DNA of 64,000 nucleotides from Flaccisagitta enflata. Lineage: Eukaryota. Position 1 is the first letter of the stretch, and every line of letters begins with the position of its first letter. This document shows positions 15,161 through 27,722 of the stretch, in pieces. Location of the stretch: positions 32,612,001 through 32,676,000 of the forward strand of contig OZ231126.1 of assembly GCA_965153355.1 (NCBI GenBank). Direction: 5' to 3'. Below the pieces are notes generated by a model, which saw nothing but the letters and a program-made list of their open reading frames with translations, made no database searches and was not told the origin of the DNA. The position numbers and the translations under genes were made by a program.

Positions 15161-16515
15161 ATGGGCAGCGGCCAAGGGGCCGATAACCTATACTTTCACA
15201 GATATAGGTAATTTTCTTCGCCTTCTTCTCCTTCTCCTTCTTCGCACCCCCCCCCTCAAAGCCCAGCCTCGAGGCCCAAAATCCAGTCTTGAGGCCCAAA
15301 TTCCAGTCTCGAGGCCCAAATCTCAGTCTCGAGGCCCAAATCCCAGCCTCAAGGCCTAAATCCTAGCCTCGAGGCCCAAGTCCTAGCCTGGAGGCCCAGA
15401 TTCCAGCCTTGAGGCTAAATTTCAACCTGGAGGTCCAAATCCCAGCTTACTATCTTGGAAATAAATATACGGACACCTAACCATCATTATAGCAGCTACC
15501 CTGCAACAACTACTTCAAAAATGAAAGAAGATCAACAAACAATGACAAAATATCTTTCATTCAAGTCCAAGCAAAGGTCAGTAGCTCAAACTGTTTTCAT
15601 TTGACAGCGTTTTAAAGAGAAACTGCCATTTTACCAAAATCGTATTTTGAGGTTTTCAGTTCAAATCTTCAAAGGACAACCTATGTTGAAAGAGCTCAAA
15701 TCTAAACGGATTGACCAAAATCATTTTGCTTGACCTTGTTAGATCAGATCTTTTACAAATTTTTTGACTGTTAAAAAAATTGAAGGCTGCAGTTAAACAT
15801 ATTGCGCTCAAATTATTTAATATCAATACAAAACCAAACAGATTATATGATTTTTATGGTGCTTGTTGAGAAATTAAGGATACACTGATTAAGGTTGAAA
15901 AATCGTAAACCAATCCCATAGAAACTCAAAACAGAAGCAGGTCATAGATCAAAATACCATGAAATGACTAAAAATTAATTCATTTGAACATACATCTCAT
16001 TCAGTGTGTGATAAAACTGACTTTTCTCCAGCTGTCCGTATATTTATTTCCAAGATAGTAGAGGGCAAGGTCCCAGCCTTGAGGCTAGGATTTGGGCCTA
16101 GAGGCTGGGATTTGGGCTTTGAGGCTGGGATTTTGGCCTTGAGGCAGGGATTTGGGCCTAGAGACTGGAATTTGGGCCTCAAGGCTGGGCTGGGGGGGGG
16201 TGGAGGAGGAGGAGAAGGAGGGCCAAAATCAGGCCTGAGACTGTAGAATTGAGGCTCTGGTGGCCAGGGGGGGGACGGACGGAAGGACGGACAGATGGAC
16301 AGACGTCTCAAATCCCCCCGTGTCCTACAGGACATCGGCCCTTTGCTTTGGGGCCGCTGCCCAAAAAGGAGGAGAAAATTCCCCATATGTGTGAAAGCAT
16401 ATGTCAACAACCCCTTTGGGGCCGCGGCCCTGCTTCCACTTCACTTTCAAGCCCAAACTTAGGCAGGGCACAGGTACCGCTGAGGCGCTGACCATCTAAC
16501 GCTTTTGCGACTATT
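15161..16515 (+). mobile_element. Helentron-like family B copy or copies with 21-bp internal array and nested MITE
   Basis: GGGCAGCGGCC subterminal inverted repeats, GAGGCCCAAATCCCAGCCTC-type array, 3' end CTGACCATCTAACGCTTTTGCGACTATT. Confidence 0.6.
15450..16058. mobile_element. TA-flanked MITE (Tc1/mariner-type)
   Basis: Perfect TIR CTATCTTGGAAATAAATATACGGACA flanked by TA. A related TIR bounds 3189-3417. Confidence 0.75.
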
Positions 16516-16834
16516 ACTTTATGGTCTCATCACTGCATCTGCCTGAATCTCCTTTCAACCTCCGCAGCCCTGTCCCTACCAGCTCCCGCGCACCCTACTC
16601 ATTTTAATGTTACTGAATTTTTACCCATCTGCTCAATTTCTTTGAGCAAATGCTCAAACAAAAGGTGAGCCATGGGAATGATCGGTAACTTTAAATCTAA
16701 CCAAGCACGTTTAAAATCAGCAATTTATCTTCTGTAATGAATGAAAGAATGAATAGATGATTTGAATGAATAACTGAATAAATTAGTAAATGAATGAATG
16801 ATCAAACAAATGAATGAATGAATGAATGAATGTA

Positions 16835-17436
16835 ACCATAGCCAAAAAAAAAAAGTAGACGCTCAATTCTTATCATTTAATTGAAAACCAGTCACACTTT
16901 TTACTTGAAATCTATGAGCTTTTTAAAGAGCTTCAAAAACTCTGCAAATCTAGACCAAGCAGAAATTTGTGACTCAAGTCGTTTAGAAATGACATAAGAT
17001 TGAAGTTCAACACTCATTTTTCAAAATGCCAAAAAGAGCAGATTTCATCATCTGTGAACAAAGCATTATTTTACTTACTTTTTCTGTAGAAGGAAGTAAT
17101 GAAATAAATGGAATAAAATTTAAGGTAAAAATGAAGTATTTTTAATTCTCTACAAGATGAAACCAAGCAAAATTCTTGATTCCGCTTCGTTTAAAGGCTG
17201 TATTAATTCAAAGTTGGTTACTCTAAAAACATTTCTAAACATATTCGAGATTTTTGAGTAGTTGTCTTTAGAATATCATAACTTCTAAAATTTTGAAGCT
17301 AGAATGTTCAGAAAGAGCTCAAATGAAAGATCTTTCGAAGCTCTTTAAAACCGTCATAGATTTTAAGGGTTTACCATCTTTAGTTACCAAGCAATCAACA
17401 ATCAAAACATTGCGTCTACTTTTTTTTTGCCATGGT
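16835..17436. mobile_element. TA-flanked MITE (ACCATRGC termini)
   Basis: TIR ACCATAGCCAAAA..GTAGACGC / GCGTCTAC..TTTGCCATGGT with TA TSD. The empty site GAATGTATAAAACATG is preserved in the adjacent tandem duplicate near 17621. Confidence 0.8.
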
Positions 17437-17723
17437 TATAAAACATGATTACAAAGGAGAAAGGAATATTGATTAAGAGTGTTTTCTGAGATCTTATGCA
17501 GACATGACTGACAGATCGAAATGCAAACTGACCAACAAATGGACAGACAAACTGACAGCCTAACCATGAATGAATGAATAAATGAAATGAATAAATGAAT
17601 AAATGAATGAACGAATGAATGAATGTATAAAACATGATAACAAAGGAGAAAGGAATATTTATTGAGAGTGTTTTTAGAGATCCTTTGAAAACATGACTGA
17701 CAGATTGAAATGCAAACTGACCA

Positions 17724-17762
<39 letters not shown>

Positions 17763-18236
17763 AACTGACAAACTGACAGGCTGACCAAAAGACAAGCCAA
17801 TGGACTGGATTCCAATTAGATACGCAAGGACTTAATGATTTGGGGAGGTAAAAAAAATAAAGACACAGATTTCAGTCAGTTACAAGCATTTGGCCTGTGT
17901 TGGGACTCCCTTACAGACTCTCAAAGGGGCTGATATCTCTCATGATGGATTTTTTCATAAAATATAACCAAATATCTTCAAATCGAGACCATCTCCAAGT
18001 ATTTTGGCCAATTTGTTTAAAAATTATTCTTGAAACAAGGTAAGCTTTCCGTTGTATGGATACCACCACCTGACCTGTTTTTGTTCTTGATGATAGAAGG
18101 CATTTCACGAAAAGTTTGCTTTAAAAAAAACTTACCAAATAGTGAGAGATGTTCCCCACACACCACTGAACACTTCTCCGCCGATCAGTACCGCAGACAC
18201 TCAAGTCTGATTAAATCGCTATATGGGAACAGCGTG

Positions 18237-18958
18237 TTCTCCTTGTTGCAGCACAAATTAAGTTTGGAGAAGGCTTTGAAGATCAACGACTCAGACTCAT
18301 CCGCTTGGTCTTTGCGATGGTAGAACCAGCATGCTTGCTTCCGCTGGATCCTGACCTCTGGGGAGTCTTCATCCACATCTGGGTCGACGGGCGTCTCCTC
18401 CTTTTCCTCCACTGTCACCTCCACATCCATCCCCTCCTCCTCCCTTCGCACCTCCTCCCCATCAACCTTTAAGCCGTTGTCTCCGCCCCCGCTGCGATGA
18501 TCTGCAGCTTTCAATCTCTCCTGGAGAAGGGCTCTCGCCTCCGGAGGAGCCGGTCCACCAAATCCAGGGGTAAAGATTCGGCGAGGGGGCGACGGAAGGA
18601 TGGACGATCCCAACGACGAATTGGCGATGGAAACATCGTCGACGGGCCGCTTCAACTTCACACTCCGATGACCCACTCCCGCGGTGGTTTTCGTCGTGAT
18701 GACGATGGGAGGGAGAGTGGAAGAAGAAGGGGCGTCGGCCGGCTGTTGGTGATTTGCCGACGCATCGTCTTTGTTGAGGTTGAGGTCGCCGCTGAAGGCA
18801 GCTTGCATCGCCGCCTCCACCTCGTCCTCAAGCGACGCCGCAGAATACGTCTCAAAGTCTTCATCCCGTTCTGGTGTTGTCATCAGGCCGGCGATATCGA
18901 AAGAACCGTCGGCCGTCGACGCATCCATCTCGGCTTGGAGACGCTGCTCGCGCGACAT
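18237..18958 (-). CDS. 5' part (codons 1-240) of a split 726-aa accessory ORF downstream of BEL/Pao pol
   Basis: ATG at 18958 in context GTCAAG-ATG with an in-frame TGA shortly upstream. The frame is open to the TTCT TSD at 18237-18240. The track's last 17 aa (NTLFPYS...) come from the inserted TIR. Confidence 0.75.
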
Positions 18959-19325
18959 CTTGACTCCGACAAATCGACTTCAAGATGATGACTGACGTAT
19001 AGATGGAATTTCGACGTCAGCGGAAGCTTTCGAAAGTTGTTTTGAACGTATGAACTGTGTTTGCACAGAAGCAATTGAGAAATAGCATGATATCTACATG
19101 TAGACAAAGCAGTGAAACAATGTTTGAATTTTTACATGAAAATGAACATCACAAATTTGCCAATATGAGGAAAGAGTTGAATGCATGGATGAATAGAACC
19201 AAACATGAAGTCGTACATCTCTTTATGTCAGTTAAAAACAAACAGAGCAACAAACATTCACATCTATAGTTACTAATAGACAGGCCCATGCGCCTAAATC
19301 TCTCTCTCTCAAAACTTAGAGTTTT

Positions 19326-19910
19326 TTATGAGTCCATCTCCAGTCGCACAATCTTCGTGCGATCCCTCGTGACAATTCTTCCGTTGGCGCGGCGTACGTG
19401 CGCCCTCCAGACATGGGGCGACGTCCCTTCCACGTCGACGACTCTCCCCAGGCTCCAATCATGTCTGGGCACAGCCTCGTTGACGATGATTACAAGATCA
19501 TCAACCGCAAAGTCTTTCTCAGATTTGGTCCATTTACTTCTCGCATGAAGGAGACTCAAATATTCACAACGCCATTTTTAGTCGCGGACACGCCACTCTA
19601 CACCTTGCCGTGTTGGTCGGTATGTCGGTAGGTCCGTCGGTCCGTCGGTCCGTCACATTTCTGAATTCCGGGTGGTTTTTGCATTACTGCTCCTGCCCAA
19701 CCGTCCGCGACTGGATTGCCGTGTATCCGGCCTTGTTTCCAAAAAGCATCCACTCGAGATTGTGCGCGCTTCCATTGGACATGTGCCGACTCTGCGTCGA
19801 AGTTGACGCCGTGCTGCAACAGATCTATAGGAGCGTCACCGGAAGTAGATGGCAATTGGATGTGATTTGGCGTTAGCGCCGAGGGATCGCTTGGATCATC
19901 ACTCAGATAA
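19326..19910 (-). pseudogene. pol: BEL/Pao LTR-retrotransposon pol C-terminus (integrase 3' end, DUF5641-like), 5'-truncated and split by a small Helentron-like insertion
   Basis: The minus strand reads YLSDDPSDPSALTPNH...QWKRAQSRVDAFWK | (insertion about 19576-19737) | WRCEYLSLLHARSKWTKSEKDFAVDDLVIIVNEAVPRHDWSLGRVVDV...GRIVTRDRTKIVRLE*. This matches the characteristic BEL/Pao LTPxH...FWxxWxxEYL...RxKW...DLV...WxLGRV pattern. Confidence 0.9.
19576..19737 (+). mobile_element. Short complete Helentron/HINE-like family A element
   Basis: TTTTAGTCGCGGACACGCCACT hairpin, GTCY/GTCGG microsatellite, end GCCGTGTATCCGGCCTTGTT. Inserted in a T-run of pol with no distinct TSD. Confidence 0.75.
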
Positions 19911-20126
19911 ATAGTCACAAATTTGGCTTTTTTTTTCGATGGTGCCACCAACCCCTTAAAGGGGGGATCACTAATATTGCTCCTGGGAAGGTAGAATTGG
20001 GAAAAAAGGCTCAAACTTCTCAAAGTACACATAAAAAGTAAACTTTTCACCGATGCCATTCTTTCTAGGACGAAAAAAAAGTTTTATTGTCCCATCTAGT
20101 GGTTAGGGTTGATAAGTAGTTATGGA

Positions 20127-20162
<36 letters not shown>

Positions 20163-20179
20163 AAGAAATATAGAAAGAA

Positions 20180-22899
20180 GACAAGTGACGCGGGGTCACA
20201 ACATAATTGCGGACAGGTGGGCGGGGGCATCCAACCCTGATCCACACCCCAGCTCCCACCCCATACACAAACATACACAAAAACTAACCAAAACACTTGT
20301 TCTTCCACTTTTTGACTTGATCATTAGGACCGACGGACTAACGGACGGATAAAGTCTCTTACAGAGTTGCGTGTCCGCAACTAAAAATAGCAGCCCAAAG
20401 GCAGTAAGTGGTAGGTGGTACCCTTGCCCTGCTTGTGTAGTGTGTGATTTAAGTTGAGGGGGAGCAGGGCAGCGGCCCAAAAGGGGACGAAGTCTTGTAG
20501 AACACAGGGGGAATCTGTCCGTCCTTCCGTCCGTCCGTCCGTCTGTTTGTCCCCCCCGCATCACCCTCAGGGCTTTGTCTCCTTTGAGGCCTATTCTGAC
20601 CCAAATTCTGCCAAACAGCCCAAATCCAAGCAATATGGCCCAAATCTCAGCAAAATGGCCCAAATCCAAGCGTAATGGCCCAATTTCAAGCAAAATGGTT
20701 AAAATCTGTTCAGAATCTAGGTATCAGAGGCTACAATACAGGTCTAAGGGGCCAAAATGATGGACTTAGGGCTAGAATTGGGGTTTTCTGGCCACATTTG
20801 GGCCATTTTGCTTGAGATTGGGCCAATATGCTTGGATTTGAGCCATTTTGCTCAGATTTGGGCCATATTGCTTGGACTTGGGCTATTTGGCAGAATAGGC
20901 CCCAAAGGAGACGAAGCCCTGAGGGTGAAGCGGGGGGGATGGATGTATGGATGGACAGATTTCCCCTGTATTCTACAGGACTTTGTACCCTTTGGGGCCG
21001 CTGCCCAAAAAATGAAATGAATTGTTCATGTTATTTCAATTGCAATTGATATAACATGGAAACAGGTCGCCCAAGGGCAATATGTGGTCAGCGATACCCG
21101 TTGCCCTGCTTTGCATGATTGTGAAATAGAGTAAGCATGATTGCATGATTGCATGATTGCATGATTGTGAAATAGAGGAAGCAGGGCAGTGGTCCTGAAG
21201 GGGACAAAGTCCTGTAGAACATAGGGGGACTTTTGGGCAGCGGCCCCAAAGGGGACGAAGTCCTGTAGAACACATGGAGGCTTTTGTTTGTCTGTCTGTC
21301 CATTTGTCCGTCCGTCCATTCGTCCCCTCATCAGGCCCCTCAAATCTAGCCTTTCAGGCCTCAAATCCTGCCTCTCCGGCCCCAATTCCAGCCCTTCCGG
21401 CCTCAAATCCAGCCACTCAGGCCTCAATTCTTGCCTCTCAGGCCTCAAATCCAACCTCTCGGGCCTCAAACCTGGCCTCTCAAGCCTCAAATTTGGCCTT
21501 TCAGGCCTCAAATCAGCCATCTAAGCCGGAATTTATTGCTCTTAGGCTTTAAATCAGTCCTCTGAATGGGCAGCGGCTTCGACGGGGACAATGTCCTGTA
21601 GAACACAGGGGGACTTTTATTGTTTGTCTGTCTGTGTGTGCGTGCATGTGTCCCCCCCCCCCTTGAGACTCAAATCTCAGCCTCAAAGCTCAAACCCCAG
21701 CCTCGAGGCTCAAACCCCAGCCTCGAGGCTCAAACCCCAGCATTCGGGTGTGTCAATATGCAAAAGGTTTTTTGATGAGATCATCAACATCAGACAGCAT
21801 AAGATATTAAATTCAAAGACCTTTAGCATTTTGATTTCATCAAATTTCATTTATCTTTCATTTTTTTCAAAACCCCTATTTAGACGCTAATTTGTATATT
21901 GCTGTGTTGATGATTTTCTATCAGTATCATTGTTACTGAACTTAATCAGATTCAACACATAAATATCTTGGTGCTAATTCAACAAAGTAATGGTTGTTTA
22001 TTTATCACCAAAGTTGTATAAAGAGATAATAACCAATCTTTTCTGTAGAAGTTATGTGTCTTATTTTCACCAAAACTGGAAGTATATATATTTTTGACTA
22101 TCTTTTCTTGCGCTAAAAAAATGGAAGATGATGGAAATTTGAAAAAATAAAAACGCTAAAGATTTTAGAATTCTTTTGTTTACACTCCCTGATGTCGATG
22201 ATCTAATCAATCATACTTTTGCATATTGACACACCCGACCCCAGCATCAAGGCTCAAATCCCAGCCCCAAGCCCAAATCACATCCTCGAGGCAAAAATCC
22301 TAACCTGGAGGCTCAAATCCCAGCCTCAAGGCTCAAATCCCAGCCTCAAGGCTCAAATTCCAGACTTGAGGCTCAAATTCCAGCCTTGAGGCTCAAATTC
22401 CAGCCTCGAGGTTCAAATCCCAGCCTTGAGGCTCAAATCCCAGCCTCAGGGCTCAAATTCAAGCCTCAAGACTCAAATCCCATTATTTAGCCATGGGGCC
22501 CATGAAGAAAATAACAGGTCGCCCAAGGACAGCTATACCCGTTGCCCTGCTTTGTGTGATTGTGAAATGGAGTGAGAGGAAGTAGGGCAGCGGCCCCAAA
22601 GAGAAGGAAGTCCTATAGAACACGGGGAATTTTGTTCGTGATTCCGTCCGTCCATCCGTCCATCCCCCCCAGAGAACAAATGATTTCAGGCCTGAGAGGG
22701 CAGAATTCAGGCCTAAGAGGGCAGATTCAAGGCCTGAGAGGGCAGATTTTAGGCCTGAGAGGATAAATTTCAGGCCTGAGAGGGCAGATTTCAGGCCTGA
22801 GAGGGCTTGGGAGGACAAACAAACGGACGGACAGAATTACAAACAATAGTCCCCCTGAGTTCTACAGGACTTCGTCCCCTTCTGGGCCGCTGCCCAAAA
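20180..22899. mobile_element. Cluster of stacked family A/B Helentron-like elements
   Basis: Repeated GGGCAGCGGCCCC..TGTAGAACACAGGGG boxes, 21-bp arrays in both orientations, AACAGGTCGCCCAAGG ends at about 21061 and 22512. Confidence 0.65.
21744..22238. mobile_element. Mutator-type MITE
   Basis: TIR TCGGGTGTGTCAATATGCAAAAG / CTTTTGCATATTGACACACCCGA, 9-bp TSD CCCCAGCAT (21735-21743, 22239-22247). Confidence 0.88.
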
Positions 22900-23205
22900 G
22901 TGATTTAGTTAAGGGACAATAAGAAAATATCACCACCCAACCCCTAACTTATCAAAAGATGAGGGTCTTTGGAGCTCTCTAATCCTCTCTATGATTTTTA
23001 ATCCGGATCCATCACAACTCTCCTTCAACCTTCCTTAAACTTAGGTTATGGAAACACAAAAAATAATGCCTCAAGTCGGCCTGTAAACCACTCAGGCGCC
23101 CCGCGAACGGCGCTCATTCAGGCGTTCTTTTTTTCGACATTTGACGCGTTTGCGCCTTCGGTGATTTCCGGCCAACTCAATTATTTCTTAGGGATCAACG
23201 CCAAG

Positions 23206-23256
<51 letters not shown>

Positions 23257-23294
23257 AGGGAGACAGATAGACAGAAAGCCAGTCATATAGACAG

Positions 23295-23427
<133 letters not shown>

Positions 23428-24844
23428 AAAGATTCCTTGCTCGGTCCTCCTTTTCGCCCATTACATTTCTTTAAAATTCTCCTGGTGCTCACGCAAAAGC
23501 TGCTGCTGACGTGCTGCTGCCCACGTGCTGCTGCTGACGGGGAGGAGGTGGCGGGAGAGAGGATGAGGCATGTCCAATCCTAGTAGCGCTGTCGTCGCTG
23601 ACGCCGCGCGCGTGCTCGTGGCTTTGGCATCGAATCAGCCGCTGCCTTTGAAATTGCTGCCGCGACGGCTGCGCAATTTTAGCTGCGGACATGCAACTCT
23701 ATGAGAGGCTTTGTTCGTCGGTTTATCCGTTGGTCCATCGGTCGATGAGCAGGAGCTGAAAAGTGGGAAAACAAGCGTTCAAGATGCTTGTGTGAGTGTT
23801 GGGGTGTGGATTGGGTGTGGATGGGGGTTGGATGCCCCTGCCCAGGCTTTGTCCGTTGGTCCATCTGTTGGTCCATCTGTCTGTGAGCACATGTTGAAAA
23901 GTGGGAAAATAAGCGTTCTAGATGCTTGTGTGAGTGTTGGGGAGGGGATTGGGGGTGGATGAGGATTGGATGCCCCTGCCCACCCGTCCGCTACGATATT
24001 GTGACCCCGTGTCATTTGTTTTCGAATTTTCCTTTCCTACTTACAGTTACACTGAAGATATGGATACTTGTAGAATTTTTACAAGAATGAATCTGTGTCC
24101 AACGTTTATTTTTGCAAAAGTGCAAATGAAACAAGGCCGTATACACGAGAGGACAATCGCGGACGGTTGGGCACGGGCAGTAAAGCAAAAACCGCTCGCA
24201 ATTCAAAAATGTGACCTACCGACCTACCGACCTACTGACCAACACGGCAAGGTGTAGAGTCGCGTGTCCGCGACTAAAAATTATGTCTATCATGAATTTT
24301 TCAACAAGTGTGCAGTCACTGTAAAACAAAAACTGTTTCGGTAGTTAAATTCAGTACTTGAAGGATAACAATTAATGCATGAATGCAGTTTTTCTTTTAA
24401 AAACATTCACATAAAAGACATTTTTCAATTGTTTTTCATGATTTTTCACATACATTAAAAGATTGATCCAATTAAGATAAAAAGGTGCAGAAACAATTTA
24501 CTAACGACAGTGATGACCAAAATGAAGATCTAACATAGGACACATAGAAAAGCATTTCACACATACATAATGATTGTATTTGGACACAAATATCAACGAA
24601 TGGTGAAAATTAATATCCGAAAATTTTCGATCCGTACTCGAATCTTCTTCAGTCGGAAAAGAAATAAGGGAAAAGAGACAGAGCAAAGGAAATATGGAAA
24701 TATGGAAGAAAGAAAGAAGAAGAAGGAAGGAAATAAAAGAGACAATAGATAATGGAGAAGAGAGAGAGGGATATTTGTGTCCAAATACAATTATTATGCC
24801 TCAAGCTCAACGACTCAACTTTCACCTTAAATCACACATACATA

Positions 24845-25268
24845 CACTCTTTTTTTTTATAAGAACGTCATTTTTTTTCCAAAGGCTTCATGATCTTATT
24901 TTCAAGGCAAAATAAACTCTTCAACGTTCTTACAGTGTTCTTAATCCTAGATACTATATAAACTATAGATTACCTTACAATATACTATTATTCAATTATA
25001 CTAAATATATTTCTGTTAAATACTGTTAAAACAAATATCAATCATTAAAGTAGGGATATTTTTATGATATTTATTTAAAAACTATAGAATATCATTTTAA
25101 TTATGCAAAAATTCAAGTGTTTTCTTAATGTTCTTTAAAGATTATTGTAAGCAAAATTTTTTTCTCAAGATTTGAAGACTTTGTATGTTTTTAGGATGTT
25201 CTTAATTTTGGGGTCATTCAAAGCCTTGATGTTCTTATAAACTAGGTTCTTATAATAAAAAAAGAGTG
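24845..25268. mobile_element. TA-flanked MITE
   Basis: TA-CACTCTTTTT..ATAAGAAC / GTTCTTATA..AAAAAGAGTG-TA. A partial second copy lies at about 48841-48990. Confidence 0.75.
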
Positions 25269-26064
25269 TAGAAATGATTACCGATGTATTTTAGCCTCTA
25301 AATTACGGAAAAAAACAACCATCGGAATGATGGACCAACAAACCAACCAATGATCCAACTGAGTGACAAAGTGATTCAAGGGCCGTTTCTAGTCAAAGTC
25401 GATCGCGTTTTGAACTGGCCACTCGGTCGCTCGCTATGTCCGTTCGCTCGCACCGCTCACTCTGCTCACTTGCTCCGCAGCACTCTGCTTCACTACAATC
25501 CGTTCACGGCCCACTCACTCGTAAGACAGTTGAAATTCTTGAATATGTGTTCACGCTGTTATCGCGTTTTACTGGAACAAACGCGTTTTTGGCGCTCACT
25601 AGAAACACACCCTTATGATGTTGCGTAGCACTCATCATTAAAAACAAGGCCGGATACACGGCAATCCAGTGGCGGACGGTTGGGCAGGAGCAGTAATGCA
25701 AAAACCGCTCATAATTAAAGAATGTGATGGATGGACGGACCGACGGACCGACCGACCTACCGACCGACCGACACGGCAAGGTGTAGAGTCGCGTGTCCGC
25801 GACTAAAAATGAAATTGAAAAGTTATTCTATAATTTTGAGAAAAAGAAAAACTATAAAGAACGACTTGGTTCCGGTTCTGTACCAACACCAGGTTCCACT
25901 TTCGATTTCAACGTACGATACAGCGTCGTGGACGTGCTGATGCTGCTGCTGCTGCTGCTGTTATCACTGCCCTCTATTTCCTCCTTCTTCCTCCTTTCTT
26001 CCTCTTCCTCCGTTTTCTCCTCCTCGTCGTCCTCCCGCCAGCGCCTAGAGTTCTATACATCTTC

Positions 26065-26122
<58 letters not shown>

Positions 26123-26859
26123 CTCTCTTTCTGGAATTCGCTAACATTAAACGTGGAATTATCTCATGTTACAACTCTTTTAGTTCGTTTTTTTACGTGA
26201 TTTTTCTACCTTCTGTTGGATTACAATTAATTGAGCGGCCCTTCATCGCCATTTCCATTTTTTGTGACATGTTTTTTCATCGCGGTCGTTTTCATCATTT
26301 TTTCTTGTCACTCTGGATTACTTTATCGACTAATGCAATGATAATCTGGACCCACCTCATTCACGGATTAACGCCATATGATTCGGATCATGTGTATCTA
26401 AGATTTTTTTCTATCTTGGATAGTTTTGCCCAACTTCTTTTTCAACAACGATAAAACGAGTGGAGTAAATTTAACCGGTTTTACCCAATATCAACCAATC
26501 AAATGTACGCACCTAGAGTTTCAAAATTCAGGACCATAGATTTTGGTGCAACTGCATAAGGCAAATTGCCTGTGCTGTAAAACTGACGAACGGATGTCGC
26601 TTTTCAGTGTGATTTTTAATTGCGGACGCGCAACTCTAGAAGAGGCTTTGTCCGTCCGTGAGCACGAGTAAAAAAGTGTTTTAGAAGCTTCTTGTGTATG
26701 TGTGTGTGTGAAAGGCGTGGGGTGTGGACGGGGGTTGGACGCTCCCTCCCACCCACCCGCAACAATATTGTGACCCCGCGTGACTTGTTATATTGCGAAT
26801 CTGTTGTGAACTTGGTGTCTGTCAGTCTGTCTCTCTGTCTCTCTCTGTCTCTCTCTGTC

Positions 26860-27086
<227 letters not shown>

Positions 27087-27722
27087 TCCAGAAAAAAGCT
27101 GAAAAAAAGAAATAGGAAAAATGGAGGAGATAACTTGAAAAAAACTTAGCAACGTGGAATTATGTATTCCTTGTGCATGCAAAACGGTAATCGACTTTCT
27201 GAAGCGGAGGATGCACGAACAAAGAAGCGCCATTTGTTGAAACAACCATCATGCTCTCTCAATCATTGATCTCAATGATTTCACCCCGGCATTAGAAAGA
27301 GCGGTAATAGAAAGTGCGGCATTAAAAAGTGCAGCAATAGATGCTATGATTTCAACCCGCCGGTAAAGTAAGTTTGGAGTGATATTTTACAAACAAAAGT
27401 TGAATTATGTAAAAACTGTTAAAATACACATGCTTTGATGTTTACCAGCTAGTTTAAGAAAAAATTTGTAAACAAGAGCATGATGATGGCAAAATATAGT
27501 GAAAATAGTTTTTTAGGAATTGTTTTAGCTGTTTTTTGGTTCTAATCTGTAAAACATTTGTCCAAACAAAGAGAAAAAGGTGAAAGAATTTATGCAGCAA
27601 CTGAAGCCCCACTTTTCATACAGTAGATGTCGTCTAGACTTGGAAATACGGGGGAGCGCATAACCTGAGCATCAGTACAGTAAGGGGACTGATATTTTAC
27701 AACTGTAATGTATAGACCCTAA

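Larger units (their letters stand above)
11435..18236. mobile_element. Non-autonomous Chapaev-type (CMC superfamily) DNA transposon, 6.8 kb including nested insertions
   Basis: Termini CACACTGTTCCCATACAGCGACTTAATCAGACTTGAGTGTCTG and its inverse ending ...TGGGAACAGCGTG. Imperfect inverted arms extend about 300 bp (11435-11760 vs about 17900-18236). 4-bp TSD TTCT at 11431-11434 and 18237-18240. CAC..GTG ends with a 4-bp TSD fit Chapaev. No transposase ORF. Confidence 0.8.

Noticed and set aside
11435-18236. Transib/ProtoRAG-like element (CAC termini resembling an RSS heptamer)
   Set aside because: The TSD is 4 bp (TTCT), not 5 bp, and no RAG-like ORF is present. Chapaev-type fits better.
18125-18236. 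Insertion spliced out as an intron to restore the 726-aa ORF
   Set aside because: The strong GTAAGT donor on the minus strand lies after an in-frame TGA (18185-18187), and I see no convincing acceptor at the far end.
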